Assembly (NCBI RefSeq): GCF_001465295.1
Contig: NZ_CP011034.1
Location: 2,790,001 to 2,822,000, forward strand
Direction of reading: 5' to 3'
Origin: Pseudoalteromonas translucida KMM 520
GTDB lineage: Bacteria; Pseudomonadota; Gammaproteobacteria; Enterobacterales; Alteromonadaceae
Length of the DNA stretch: 32,000 nucleotides
Shown here: positions 1 through 8,737 of the stretch, piece by piece
Numbering within the stretch: position 1 is the first letter of the stretch
How the letters are laid out: every line of letters begins with the position of its first letter
Translations under genes and position numbers: made by a program
The notes under the pieces: model-generated
What the model saw: the letters and a program-made list of their open reading frames with translations, nothing else
Database searches by the model: none
What the model was told of the DNA's origin: nothing

Positions 1-1
1 T

Positions 2-778
2 AATGGCGGTAAAACGCAATTAGTGTCGATTATAGCCGCCACTATTATTGCTATAATTGCTATTTTTTTAACTGCCCCGCTAGAGTTTATACCTAGTGCA
101 GCACTCGGTGTGGTACTTATTATTGCCTCTGTGCATTTGTTAGATTTAAAAGCGGTATGGCAACTAAAGTTTAAAGATAAACAGGCCTTTTACCTTGCCT
201 TAGCCACCTTGTTTGCAGTGCTGTTTATAGGTGTTATTCCGGGGATTACACTTGCTGTATTACTGGGTTTGTTTCAATTTATTCGCACCGTAATGCGCCC
301 TACCGACAATATATTAGGCGTAGATATAAAAGGCGTGGTAAGAAGCTTAGACGCCACCGATAAGGCAAAAGCCGTGCAAGGGGTATTTATTTACCGCTTT
401 AATTCGCCATTAACTTACTTTAATGCCAGTTACTTTAAACGCAGATTACTTGAGCAATACGCAAAACAAAAAGACGATACCCAATGCGTTATTATTGATG
501 CCGTACCTTGCTTTACCCATTTAGATTTAAGCGTTATGGCCATGCTTGCCGATTTAAACGTTATATTTAAAAAGCGCGGCATTAGCCTTGAGCTAGCCGG
601 CAGAAAACGCCAGCTCTTATCCTGGTTTGAAATTGCCGGAATGGTATCGGGTAAAAATGGTATTTATGTTCACTCCGATCTCTATGTTGCGCTACAAAAA
701 AATAGCGTAAGCCAGCCTACCGACGAAGTCGCCTTATTTGAAGCTCATACCAATGAGGCAAAACCCGAGCCGCTATAA
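2..778 (+). CDS. SulP-family anion permease, C-terminal part with STAS domain (5' end lies outside the window)
   Basis: The frame is open back to base 2 (NGGKTQLVSII...). Hydrophobic TM segments are followed by a soluble tail (VFIYRFNSPLTYFNASYFKRRLL...) typical of SulP/STAS. TAA stop at 776-778 is followed by a hairpin terminator. Confidence 0.75.
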   Translation, partial: NGGKTQLVSIIAATIIAIIAIFLTAPLEFIPSAALGVVLIIASVHLLDLKAVWQLKFKDKQAFYLALATLFAVLFIGVIPGITLAVLLGLFQFIRTVMRPTDNILGVDIKGVVRSLDATDKAKAVQGVFIYRFNSPLTYFNASYFKRRLLEQYAKQKDDTQCVIIDAVPCFTHLDLSVMAMLADLNVIFKKRGISLELAGRKRQLLSWFEIAGMVSGKNGIYVHSDLYVALQKNSVSQPTDEVALFEAHTNEAKPEPL

Positions 779-782
779 ACAC

Positions 783-817
783 AAAAAGGCTTACAACACA
801 TAGTTGTAAGCCTTTTT
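783..817. terminator. Bidirectional rho-independent terminator between convergent genes
   Basis: aaaaaggcttacaac / gttgtaagccttttt is a perfect 15-nt inverted repeat around a 5-nt loop. It has an A-run on one side and a T-run on the other. Confidence 0.65.
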
Positions 818-841
818 ATACTAAAAACTTAGTAACTTAAA

Positions 842-1552
842 TTACTGTGAATGAACCATTTGTTCAAACTTCATGCCGGTTAATTTAGTAATTACTTTAA
901 TCACATAAAAGAAAATACCAATCATTGCCAACATAGACGGAATAGCAATTATAGGGTAACTGAGCAAGGTCATTTCGCCAAGTTGCTCGTTAAACTCAAC
1001 CGTACCCGCAGGGCTGGTCACTATCCACTTAGCAAGTACGTAATTCATGGTTGATGAAAAAGCAAAAGTAAGCGCTAAAATATAATTAGCCTTGGTAATT
1101 TGCTGTTTAAAACGCTGGGTATTACCGCGCGCATCTAACGTATCGTAAATTACATCTAACTTAAATAAAATCGAGTTTAACAGCACTTTTGCCAGCAATG
1201 GCTTACCAAAAAAGCCCGACATTAAAACAGTAAGGCCAATAATACCCGGTATAGCCGCTTCTTTTATTGCCAACCACTCCACATTAAGCTCAAACAGCGC
1301 TATGCCACCCGTTAATAAAGTACTTAAAAAACCTAATAATGAAATAAAATTTAACGAGCGTGCTTTAATAAAATCATAAATACCGTAACCCACAGGAAAT
1401 ATAAGCGCGACAATTAACCCTACAACAGTTCCTAAATACTCAGGCCCCGAAAACTTCATTAAAATAATTGAAGGCACTATAATATTAAAAACGACCTCAA
1501 ATAATGGATTGTTTTTTTTACCTTTACTGTTATTTTGACCACTGGTTGTCAT
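842..1552 (-). CDS. Multi-pass inner-membrane protein of unknown function
   Basis: 236-aa ORF with about 6 hydrophobic helices. It is convergent with the permease gene. I do not recognise the family with confidence. Confidence 0.65.
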   Translation of the reverse strand: MTTSGQNNSKGKKNNPLFEVVFNIIVPSIILMKFSGPEYLGTVVGLIVALIFPVGYGIYDFIKARSLNFISLLGFLSTLLTGGIALFELNVEWLAIKEAAIPGIIGLTVLMSGFFGKPLLAKVLLNSILFKLDVIYDTLDARGNTQRFKQQITKANYILALTFAFSSTMNYVLAKWIVTSPAGTVEFNEQLGEMTLLSYPIIAIPSMLAMIGIFFYVIKVITKLTGMKFEQMVHSQ

Positions 1553-1726
1553 TCGTTACTTCCATTAATATATTATTGCTAAGACGAAAAGAGCACCTCT
1601 TCGCTACTGCCAAAGGCTATAATACTCGCAATACCTTCGCCATTCTAGCTTGTCGTTTTTGTATTGATTAAAAAGCTGAAAGAGAGCTATTATTTTTTGT
1701 GTATAAGTACACAAACAGCCCATTTA

Positions 1727-2632
1727 TTAGGCCGGCAAACTCATATCAATACCAGGTAAAGCCACCATCTGATCGCTAATAAGGCGGCGAATGTCACGAA
1801 TTATTGGCTGCTCGTTTTCAACTACTTGCTGCGATATAGCCACATAACCATGCCACGAAACATTATAGCCATGAGCAATGCGCGCCACTTCTTGTGGTTG
1901 AAACCCTTTTAATAACGGCTCTGGCACATAACCCCAACCTAGCTTGTCGCGTATTGCATCTCTAATTAACTCAAAGCTACTTAACGCAATATCGTAACGC
2001 TCAGATACATTAGTTTGAATGTCACTTTGGCTTAAATCTAAATAAGCAATTTGCGGCACACTGGCTAAGTCTTCATTACTTACATAACGCATTTGCGTTA
2101 ACGGATGATCTTTGGCAATAACCATATGCAATGCCACCCAGCCCAAAACCTGTAAAGGTAGCTGAGTATTTGCATACAAGCTCTGATCTAAACAGCAAGC
2201 TAAGTCCATAAAGCCCTCTTCAACCATTTGTTGCAACGCATTTGCACTGGCATAGTGCATTTCTAACGATATACCAGGGTAGCGCTTGCGAATACTGCGA
2301 ATTATTTCGCGCCAAAAGGCTTCGGGTAAAGCGTCATCACGGCCAATAACCAAGCGGTGTGGCAGTTGCTCGTCATCGTGCAAGCAGCGGTGCTTAATGC
2401 TCTCAGCAAGGTTAATTAAGCGAATGCTATCGTCTATAATTTTTTCACCCGCGGGGGCCAATTGCATACTATTGCCAGTACGAATAAATAGCGCAGTACC
2501 CAACTGATCCTCTAGTGTCGATAGCGCCATACTCATAGTGCTACGATTAACCGACAAGCGCGCTGCTGCCTTAGCAATAGAGCCAGTTTGTGCAATCATC
2601 ACAAAGTACTGTAGCGACTCTAACTTCATCAA
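1727..2632 (-). CDS. LysR-family transcriptional regulator
   Basis: N-terminal wHTH (LQYFVMIAQTGSIAKAAARLSVNRSTMSMALSTLEDQLGTALFIRTG) plus a ~200-aa substrate-binding domain. It is divergent from the SMR pair, the classic LysR arrangement. Confidence 0.9.
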   Translation of the reverse strand: MMKLESLQYFVMIAQTGSIAKAAARLSVNRSTMSMALSTLEDQLGTALFIRTGNSMQLAPAGEKIIDDSIRLINLAESIKHRCLHDDEQLPHRLVIGRDDALPEAFWREIIRSIRKRYPGISLEMHYASANALQQMVEEGFMDLACCLDQSLYANTQLPLQVLGWVALHMVIAKDHPLTQMRYVSNEDLASVPQIAYLDLSQSDIQTNVSERYDIALSSFELIRDAIRDKLGWGYVPEPLLKGFQPQEVARIAHGYNVSWHGYVAISQQVVENEQPIIRDIRRLISDQMVALPGIDMSLPA

Positions 2633-2730
2633 GCCCCCTTAGTGTCAATTTTTTTGACTCTGAGTAATTATAGTATAAAAATAATAAGCAGTATTATACG
2701 CACAATGTTTTAGTATTAAGAGCAGGAAAA

Positions 2731-3075
2731 ATGCATTGGATATATTTAATAATAGCTGTAACTCTTGAAGTTATAGGTACAACAGTAATGAAGTGGCTGG
2801 TAAACGAAGACCAGTTACTATTAGGTAGCTTATTTGTAACTTTAATGGTTGGCTTAGCTTACCTTGCTCTTAGCCAGGCCACCAGCAAAATTCCTATCGC
2901 ACTTGCTAACGCCTTCTGGGAAGGTTTGGGCATGATATTAATTGCATCTGTGTCATTTGTATTTTTAGGCGAAGCTATTTCTATTGGGCAAATGTTTGCA
3001 CTTTTATTAGCTATTATCGGCATTGTTATAATTAACAGCGGCCACGCTATGCAAAATCAAGAGCAAAAACAATGA
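2731..3075 (+). CDS. Small multidrug resistance (SMR) family transporter subunit, paired type (MdtJ/MdtI-like)
   Basis: 114 aa with 4 TM helices and a conserved membrane-embedded Glu in TM1 (AVTLEVIGTT). ATGA overlap with the next SMR gene. Confidence 0.85.
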   Translation: MHWIYLIIAVTLEVIGTTVMKWLVNEDQLLLGSLFVTLMVGLAYLALSQATSKIPIALANAFWEGLGMILIASVSFVFLGEAISIGQMFALLLAIIGIVIINSGHAMQNQEQKQ

Positions 3076-3398
3076 CAGTGTATTGGCTTTATATTCTTGG
3101 ATCAGTAATTTTTGACATTGCCGCCAACGTATTTTTAGAAATGTCGCACGGGTTTAAGCACAAACGTTTTGGCATACTTGCCATTGTTTTTATTATGGCC
3201 GCGTTTGCCTTGCTTACCCTTGCTGTGCAAGGCATCCCACTGTTTATTGCCTACGCCACCTGGGGAGCCCTTTCAATTAGCGGCACTGCGCTGGCAACTT
3301 GGTTGTTGTTTGGTCATAAATTAAACTGGGTTGTTTGTTTTGGTTTAGCCGTACTTATTTTATCTATTGTGACAATGCAATTAGTTGGCCCCGCGTAA
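3072..3398 (+). CDS. SMR family transporter subunit (second member of a heterodimeric pair)
   Basis: 108 aa with 4 TM helices. The start overlaps the upstream stop (ATGA at 3072-3075), which suggests translational coupling. Confidence 0.85.
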   Translation: MTVYWLYILGSVIFDIAANVFLEMSHGFKHKRFGILAIVFIMAAFALLTLAVQGIPLFIAYATWGALSISGTALATWLLFGHKLNWVVCFGLAVLILSIVTMQLVGPA

Positions 3399-3519
3399 AT
3401 ACACCTTATTAAAAACTAGCTAAAGTGCTCTGCAGTTCAAGCTAGTTCTTCCTGCAGTTTTGTTTTGCCTCAGTTAACTTTACTTTAGGCTAAACTTCTA
3501 ACTTAGTTGACTATTTTAT

Positions 3520-3564
3520 AGCGCAACGCTATAACTTGTAACACGTTGCGCTGTGCCAACCTAC
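3520..3564 (-). repeat. REP-like palindromic element (GTAGGTTGG head on the minus strand)
   Basis: agcgcaacg (3520-3528) pairs with cgttgcgct (3544-3552) and is followed by gtgccaacctac. The reverse complement begins GTAGGTTGG, the same head as the elements at 7102-7139 and 7871-7903. Confidence 0.4.
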
Positions 3565-3657
3565 AAAGTAGTAAATAAAAACTTAAAAGCGCACCGCTTG
3601 CTTAAGCTATCACTAGTTTAGGTTTGGCATTATTATACTTATTACCTTGAGGCATTT

Positions 3658-4662
3658 ATGTTCAAGCAACTACAAGAAAAACATCAGCTTTCTATACTGC
3701 TTATACTCAGTATTGTGTCTGTATTTGGTATTACGCCATTTATTATTATTCGTTTTATAGAAAATAACATAGTCGCAGCGCTAATTGACTTAGCCATTGT
3801 AAGCGGTATTTTAACCTTGGTCGGTTATGCCCATTACACTAAAAAGCCGCGTGTTATTAGCGCCGTTATTGCATTGCTTGTTAATATTAGCGTTATCGCT
3901 ATTATAATTACCAACGGCATTAACAGCATGCTATGGATTTATCCGGTAGTAGCCGTTACGTTTTTTTTAGTAAAGCCAATAGAAGCACTCATACTCACCC
4001 TAAGCAATGTGGCAATTATTGCGAGCATACCTAATTTATTCGATGTTATACCGCTAAACTCTTACTTTACAACCAACTTAATGCTAGCTGCCTGTGCTTT
4101 TGTATATGCCTCTTTTGGCAACAAGCAGCTTGCTTTACTTGCAGAACTAAACAGTACAGATCCTTTAACTGGGGCATTAAATCGCCGTGCGCTTAACGAC
4201 GATACACTAGCCGCCATTTCGCGAGCAGAGCGTTATAACAGCACTTATTTATTAGCGTTTTTAGACTTAGACTTTTTCAAAAAGGTAAACGACGATTTCG
4301 GCCACGCCGAAGGAGACAGAGTACTAAAGCAGTTAGTGTCAATTACCAATTCACATATAAGAGAATCAGATAAGCTATACCGCTTTGGTGGCGAAGAGTT
4401 TGTGTTAATAATTCCCGAAATCCCGCCCAAAGAGCAAGTTAGCTTTATAAACAAGCTACGCGAAACAATAAAAAACGAGTTAAAAACACCTGCAGGTAAC
4501 TCAGTTACTGTATCTTTTGGTGTTGCAGCTTGGGTACCGGGCACCACAGTTGCTAGCTGGTTTAAACGCGCAGACGATGCTATGTATCAAGCAAAAGAAC
4601 AAGGCCGCGACTGCGCCGTATTTAGTAAAGATTCAAACTTTGAAATAAGTAAGCCAAACTAA
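3658..4662 (+). CDS. Membrane-anchored diguanylate cyclase (GGDEF domain)
   Basis: About 160 aa of N-terminal TM helices, then DPLTGALNRRAL...DLDFFKKVNDDFGH...RFGGEEF. An RxxD I-site (RESD) lies 5 residues upstream of GGEEF. Confidence 0.9.
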   Translation: MFKQLQEKHQLSILLILSIVSVFGITPFIIIRFIENNIVAALIDLAIVSGILTLVGYAHYTKKPRVISAVIALLVNISVIAIIITNGINSMLWIYPVVAVTFFLVKPIEALILTLSNVAIIASIPNLFDVIPLNSYFTTNLMLAACAFVYASFGNKQLALLAELNSTDPLTGALNRRALNDDTLAAISRAERYNSTYLLAFLDLDFFKKVNDDFGHAEGDRVLKQLVSITNSHIRESDKLYRFGGEEFVLIIPEIPPKEQVSFINKLRETIKNELKTPAGNSVTVSFGVAAWVPGTTVASWFKRADDAMYQAKEQGRDCAVFSKDSNFEISKPN

Positions 4663-4689
4663 CCACTTGGCTAAGTGCGGCTTTACCCA

Positions 4690-5028
4690 TTATTTATCTT
4701 TGTTTAGCAGCGCCTTTAAATCGGCAAACGGATTATGTGTAGCCGCCACCACTTTTTGCTCTGTAGTACCGCCGTACAACACATATTCGTGATATTTATT
4801 ATGCTCATTATCATGGCAATAAATACACAATAACTCCCAGTTACTACCATCATCAGGGTTATTATTATGGTCATGATCAATATGATGCACCGTTAACTCT
4901 CGTAAATTAGAATACTCAAACTCACGAGCACAGCGCCCACATACCCAAGGGTACAATCTTAACGCTTTAATTCGATAACCTTCTTCTTGCCGCTGATAAG
5001 CCTGCATACCACTCGTGGTTTTACTCAT
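4690..5028 (-). CDS. yajD: HNH nuclease family protein YajD
   Basis: Near-collinear with E. coli YajD as I remember it (YPWVCGRC..REF.YSNLRELTVHHIDHDH.NNP.DGSNWELLC.YCHD.EH, C-terminal NPFADLKA). Confidence 0.9.
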   Translation of the reverse strand: MSKTTSGMQAYQRQEEGYRIKALRLYPWVCGRCAREFEYSNLRELTVHHIDHDHNNNPDDGSNWELLCIYCHDNEHNKYHEYVLYGGTTEQKVVAATHNPFADLKALLNKDK

Positions 5029-5187
5029 TAACTTATTACTACCGTCTTTTTACAATAAGCCCAGATTAGCCTTTAAAAATCACTTTGAATAGCGCCTTTT
5101 ATTTTAACCCTGTTGTTGCTCACCTAAAAGCTTGGGTATAATGAGCACTTATGGCTGTATTTGTTAGCCTACAACTTGGATAAAACA

Positions 5188-5496
5188 ATGAAAAAACTCT
5201 CTGCAGTGCAAATAAAACAGCAAGCGCTTGTCCTTAATATTGCCGATACACTCGAAAAACAAGGCCTAGCAGAGCTCCCTGGTATGCTGCAATGCTGGTT
5301 TGACGTTCAATATCACTTATTCCCTGGCTCCTTACTACTGTGCTTTCAATTTGACAGCGAGCAAGCCTTAGCTGCAGCAAAACCAGAGTTACTAAAATGG
5401 CAAAAACGCTTAAGCGCAGCCATGCTTAAAAAAGGCGTTATTTTAAAAGATATGCGTAAACATTTAGTATTTACATTAGAAGCACCCGATAGCTAA
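5188..5496 (+). CDS. Hypothetical protein
   Basis: The ORF track starts at a TTG (5161). The ATG at 5188 (MKKLSAVQIK...) is the more plausible start. No recognisable domain. Confidence 0.5.
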   Translation: MKKLSAVQIKQQALVLNIADTLEKQGLAELPGMLQCWFDVQYHLFPGSLLLCFQFDSEQALAAAKPELLKWQKRLSAAMLKKGVILKDMRKHLVFTLEAPDS

Positions 5497-5554
5497 ATCA
5501 GGTTTATTACCGAGGATAAAAATAAAAAGTAGATTCGGGGATTAAATCCCCCGG

Positions 5555-6169
5555 CTATAAAGTATAAAGCCCACGGGTGTTTTTAGCGTTTTCAAGATTA
5601 AACTGATTTACATGCTCAATCAGCTCTGGAAAAAATGCTAAAAACACAGCATTTAATTCATCATAATGCTTTGCTATATCATCAACAGCGCCAGTAAAGG
5701 TGTTAGTAAAGCGAATGCGTTTGGCTATATTATCAAGTGCTAGGCCCACCCCATCAAGGGTTTCGTACTCTTTAAACCAATCGTTATCGGTCATGTGTTT
5801 TACAACATGCTGCATTCGCGGCGGCATTACAGGCATACGCTTATCTAAAAGCGCAAAGCTAGTTTGTTTAAAGTCGTTTAATGGCTGTAGATTATATTTT
5901 TGCCAATGCATAATTAAAAAGTGATCAAACACCACATCAATAGCCACCCCTGCAAAACGCCTACGCTTAGGTGAAAAATACTGTTTAGCCTCTTTAACTA
6001 TAGGGTGAGAGTCAGTAAATTTATCTACCAAATAGTGATTATCGAGCGCATTTTTTACCGTTATAGGTACCTGGTTTAAATGCCGCTGACCACCAAAGTC
6101 GCCCAGCAAATTACCAAAGTGCGAATCGGCCGTAGGCTGTGCTAAATAAAGATGAGCTAAATAATTCAA
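5555..6169 (-). CDS. acpH: Acyl carrier protein phosphodiesterase
   Basis: The N-terminus MNYLAHLYLA...GNLLGDF... and DVVFDHFL match the AcpH family signature (E. coli MNFLAHLHLA...GNLLADF...DVMWDHFL). Length of 204 aa fits. Confidence 0.85.
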   Translation of the reverse strand: MNYLAHLYLAQPTADSHFGNLLGDFGGQRHLNQVPITVKNALDNHYLVDKFTDSHPIVKEAKQYFSPKRRRFAGVAIDVVFDHFLIMHWQKYNLQPLNDFKQTSFALLDKRMPVMPPRMQHVVKHMTDNDWFKEYETLDGVGLALDNIAKRIRFTNTFTGAVDDIAKHYDELNAVFLAFFPELIEHVNQFNLENAKNTRGLYTL

Positions 6170-6695
6170 CGTGTTCTCAGATTTGGTTAATACCGTTTAG
6201 ATAATAACGCAGTTGTAGATGAAATTCATACAAAGGAAAAGTGAAAGGCTTTAAGCTTCAAGGAAGTAATATTTTAGTTCGTGATTTTTTCAGCAATAAA
6301 ACACAGGCTCCTGCGCTCCCCATAAAAAAGACAACTACAAACCTGCTCCCCCTATCCAATTACAATTGTGTTTGATTAATTCAGTAAAGAGTCAGCCTTA
6401 TTTTGCTATCAATGTTGCTGTATTTTTCGGTACTGCATGAGTCATAAAACGCCTTGCTTAACCTTAACTATTAAACCTGAACTCTGGTTAAGAGATTCAC
6501 TTACGTATTGAATCATATTTATATTTAATTTTATTTTCTCTAGCCAGAGGTTTTCAGTGAAAACAAGGCTAATTTACGCGTCAATAGCTGGCCTATTGCA
6601 AGAAAACTCAACGCAGTTAGCGCTGAAAATAGCTGCTTGAGATAAGTTTATTATCCGAAGCTCAGGTTATTAAGCTCACAGAGGCACAACACGTT

Positions 6696-7067
6696 ATGAC
6701 AACTACTTTTTTAAGCCAATTACAGCAAGTCGCACTGCAACAAGCCCTTATCAGCACCAAGCTTCTAAACAGTTATACATTAAAGAGTAATAACGCACCA
6801 TCGCCCAAGCAACAAGCCTATAGCTTAATTGCTGTCGCGCTATACCGCTTTAATCTACAAAAAATAAAATGGTCATCTTTTTTAAAAACAGCCATAAATA
6901 CAGCAAACAACACATGCCAATGGTTAGCCACCGAACTTGTAAGGTGCCAACAAGACTATAAAGCCCAATCTCATGACACTGTAATTAGCGAACAAAGTGC
7001 ATTCATTAATGGTATTTTTAGCGAAGAACTCGTTTATATTGATGGTTTACTGGGGGTTGAAGCGTAA
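6696..7067 (+). CDS. Hypothetical protein
   Basis: 123-aa ORF after a 526-bp intergenic region. No recognisable motif, so coding status is uncertain. Confidence 0.4.
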   Translation: MTTTFLSQLQQVALQQALISTKLLNSYTLKSNNAPSPKQQAYSLIAVALYRFNLQKIKWSSFLKTAINTANNTCQWLATELVRCQQDYKAQSHDTVISEQSAFINGIFSEELVYIDGLLGVEA

Positions 7068-7101
7068 GCTAACTTAAGCTTATTAAAGCAATTATGTGAA
7101 C

Positions 7102-7139
7102 TGTCGGATGGCGCGACTGCGCCGCTTATCCGACCTACG
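7102..7139 (-). repeat. REP-like palindromic element (GTAGGTCGG head)
   Basis: The minus strand reads cGTAGGTCGGATaagcGGCGCagtcGCGCCATCCGAca, a nested palindrome closely resembling enterobacterial REP units. Its GTAG contains the antitoxin stop codon (7135-7137). Confidence 0.55.
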
Positions 7140-7419
7140 CTATTTGCGTTGTAAGGCGAAAGTTAAGTGCTTTCATCACTTTAAAAATAGTTTCCCAACG
7201 TGGTTTGGTTTTACCATTAACTGCTTTATATAAGCTTTCACGGTTTAACCCTGTTGCTTTAGCAATATCACTCACGCCATGCTTTTTAACTAATAAGCCA
7301 AGTGCTTCAATAAAGGTATTTGGATCATCATCAGCTAAACACTCTTCTAAAAATGTATTAATTTCTTGCTGTGTTTCCATATAATCAAACGGATTAAAAT
7401 CTGATGTTTGTAGCGCCAT
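7135..7419 (-). CDS. Addiction-module antidote protein (HigA-like HTH antitoxin)
   Basis: 94 aa with ...DDDPNTFIEALGLLVKKHGVSDIAKATGLNRESLYKAVNGKTKPRWETIFKVMKALNFRL, typical of the TIGR02684-type antidote family. It lies 5 bp downstream of the toxin gene. Confidence 0.85.
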   Translation of the reverse strand: MALQTSDFNPFDYMETQQEINTFLEECLADDDPNTFIEALGLLVKKHGVSDIAKATGLNRESLYKAVNGKTKPRWETIFKVMKALNFRLTTQIA

Positions 7420-7424
7420 AATAA

Positions 7425-7721
7425 TTACTCCAATTCACTTAAAAGGGCTTTTGCTTTGGTAATGTCTTTGCCTTGTGTGCCTTTGTGTCCACCATTGAGT
7501 AGTAAAATAACTTCACCGCCTCTAATTATGTAATAAACACGATAGCCTTTCCCTACGAAAATTCGCATTTCAAATATGCCACCACCAACAGATTCACTAT
7601 CGCCAAAGTTACCATTTATAGCACGTGTAATACGTTTAGCTATTGCCATAAAAGCTTGACGATCTTTGAGCTTTTTAAGCCATTTATCGAACTCGTCGGT
7701 TTTCTTAATACGATATTTCAT
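7425..7721 (-). CDS. Addiction-module killer protein (RelE/ParE superfamily, HigB-like; toxin gene first)
   Basis: FDKWLKKLKD...ITRAINGNFGDSESVGGGIFEMRIFVGKGYRVYYIIRGGEVILLLNGGHKGTQGKDITKAKALL matches the TIGR02683-type killer family. The ATG at 7721 is preferred over the TTG at 7739. Confidence 0.85.
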   Translation of the reverse strand: MKYRIKKTDEFDKWLKKLKDRQAFMAIAKRITRAINGNFGDSESVGGGIFEMRIFVGKGYRVYYIIRGGEVILLLNGGHKGTQGKDITKAKALLSELE

Positions 7722-7870
7722 AAAACAATTGTAGCCCAAAGGCTACATGCGTGCAATTTTATTTAAGGGATACCGAATTTTGATTTAACAATCAACGCGG
7801 CAGCAAGCTAAACGCCTACAATAAATAATACATACTCTTGGCTTTTAAGCGAGTAAGTATATTTGGGATT

Positions 7871-7903
7871 TGTTGGGTTTCGTTTCACTCAACCCAACCT
7901 ACG
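7871..7903 (-). repeat. REP-like palindromic element (GTAGGTTGG head)
   Basis: The minus strand reads cGTAGGTTGGGTTgagtgaaacgAAACCCAAca, a 7-8 bp stem directly after a GTAGG head. Confidence 0.45.
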
Positions 7904-7934
7904 TAAGCATTAAAATTACGAAAAACATACACAC

Positions 7935-7967
7935 AAAAAAGCCGTTGCAGCAATGCAACGGCTTTTT
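7935..7967. terminator. Bidirectional rho-independent terminator; probably the native gcvP terminator displaced by the island
   Basis: aaaaaa-gccgttgca-gcaa-tgcaacggc-ttttt. With the island removed in silico it would lie about 70 nt downstream of the gcvP stop. Confidence 0.65.
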
Positions 7968-8033
7968 AAATTTTTATAAATTCCCAAACTATAACGGGAC
8001 TTACTTACCATCAAAGATTAAAAATTATTAATC

Positions 8034-8038
8034 TCTGC
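8034..8038. repeat. Target-site duplication, left copy (TCTGC)
   Basis: TCTGC lies immediately outside the TGTCA terminus at 8039. An identical pentamer lies immediately outside the other terminus (18261-18265). Confidence 0.75.
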
Positions 8039-8174
8039 TGTCATGCTCTAATTAAGTTTGTGAATCGGCCTTTAAAAACAAAGAGCTACAACAAAACAAT
8101 ATTTCAATTAAGTTTGTGACTAGAAAGTAAACTCCACTCAATTTGTTCTTCTTAATTTTAATTAAGTTTGTGAC
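8039..8174 (+). repeat. Tn7L-like end: terminal TGTCA plus three spaced putative transposase-binding repeats
   Basis: AATTAAGTTTGTGA occurs at 8050-8063, 8106-8119 and 8160-8173, with 56 and 54 bp spacing. This resembles the three dispersed TnsB sites of Tn7L. Confidence 0.7.
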
Positions 8175-8287
8175 TAATTCACCGTATTAAAATTCAAGTT
8201 ATATTTTCTAATTGCTTGAATGTTAGCCTAAATACTTTATGATTAAATTTCATACAAATGTATAAGCTCAATAAAAGGATTTAAGTA

Positions 8288-8650
8288 ATGATTTCATTTT
8301 TAAGTTTATTTTTAGGTTTTGCATTAATAGGTCTAGTTTGTACTTTGTTTGGTGTAATTTTAAGCCTATTTATGGGGTTACTTGGATTAACTACAAAAAA
8401 ACTGAGTTTTTCTGACTCAGTAGAAGCATCAATGAGTTCACTTCAACCCGCTTTTATAACCGCAGCAATTCTAGTTATTCCTAGTTGTTTAACACTACTT
8501 AGGCCAGCAAGCGACATACCCGATTTTCTGTACTACGAAGATAGATTTGGTAAGAATAATGACACTACCAGCGGATTTTTCTTATTTATGTACATCTTTT
8601 CCGCTGTATTTATCATTTTATATATTTCAAAAATAAAGAGTTATTTTTAA
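8288..8650 (+). CDS. Small membrane protein (about 3 predicted TM helices), unknown function
   Basis: 120 aa with an AAGGA Shine-Dalgarno about 9 nt upstream of the ATG. Hydrophobic stretches lie at about residues 1-34, 54-70 and 96-113. It is 87 bp upstream of, and co-oriented with, the CARF-nuclease gene. Confidence 0.55.
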   Translation: MISFLSLFLGFALIGLVCTLFGVILSLFMGLLGLTTKKLSFSDSVEASMSSLQPAFITAAILVIPSCLTLLRPASDIPDFLYYEDRFGKNNDTTSGFFLFMYIFSAVFIILYISKIKSYF

Positions 8651-8737
8651 ATGTTGAGTTATTATTGATTACCTCACCATATCTTAAAAATATCATATTA
8701 AAATTCATAGTAATAATTCAAAAATATAGCGAATAAA

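Noticed and set aside
2286-5924. Short antisense ORFs 2286-2507, 4245-4547 and 5700-5924.
   Set aside because: Each lies entirely within, and opposite to, a well-supported gene (LysR, GGDEF, acpH).
8050-8174. Three direct copies of a 14-15 bp motif at about 55-bp spacing, which could be mistaken for a mini CRISPR array.
   Set aside because: The repeats are too short. There are only three. Inverted copies occur at the opposite end of the island, next to matching TGTCA termini and a 5-bp TSD. They are transposon-end binding sites, not CRISPR repeats.
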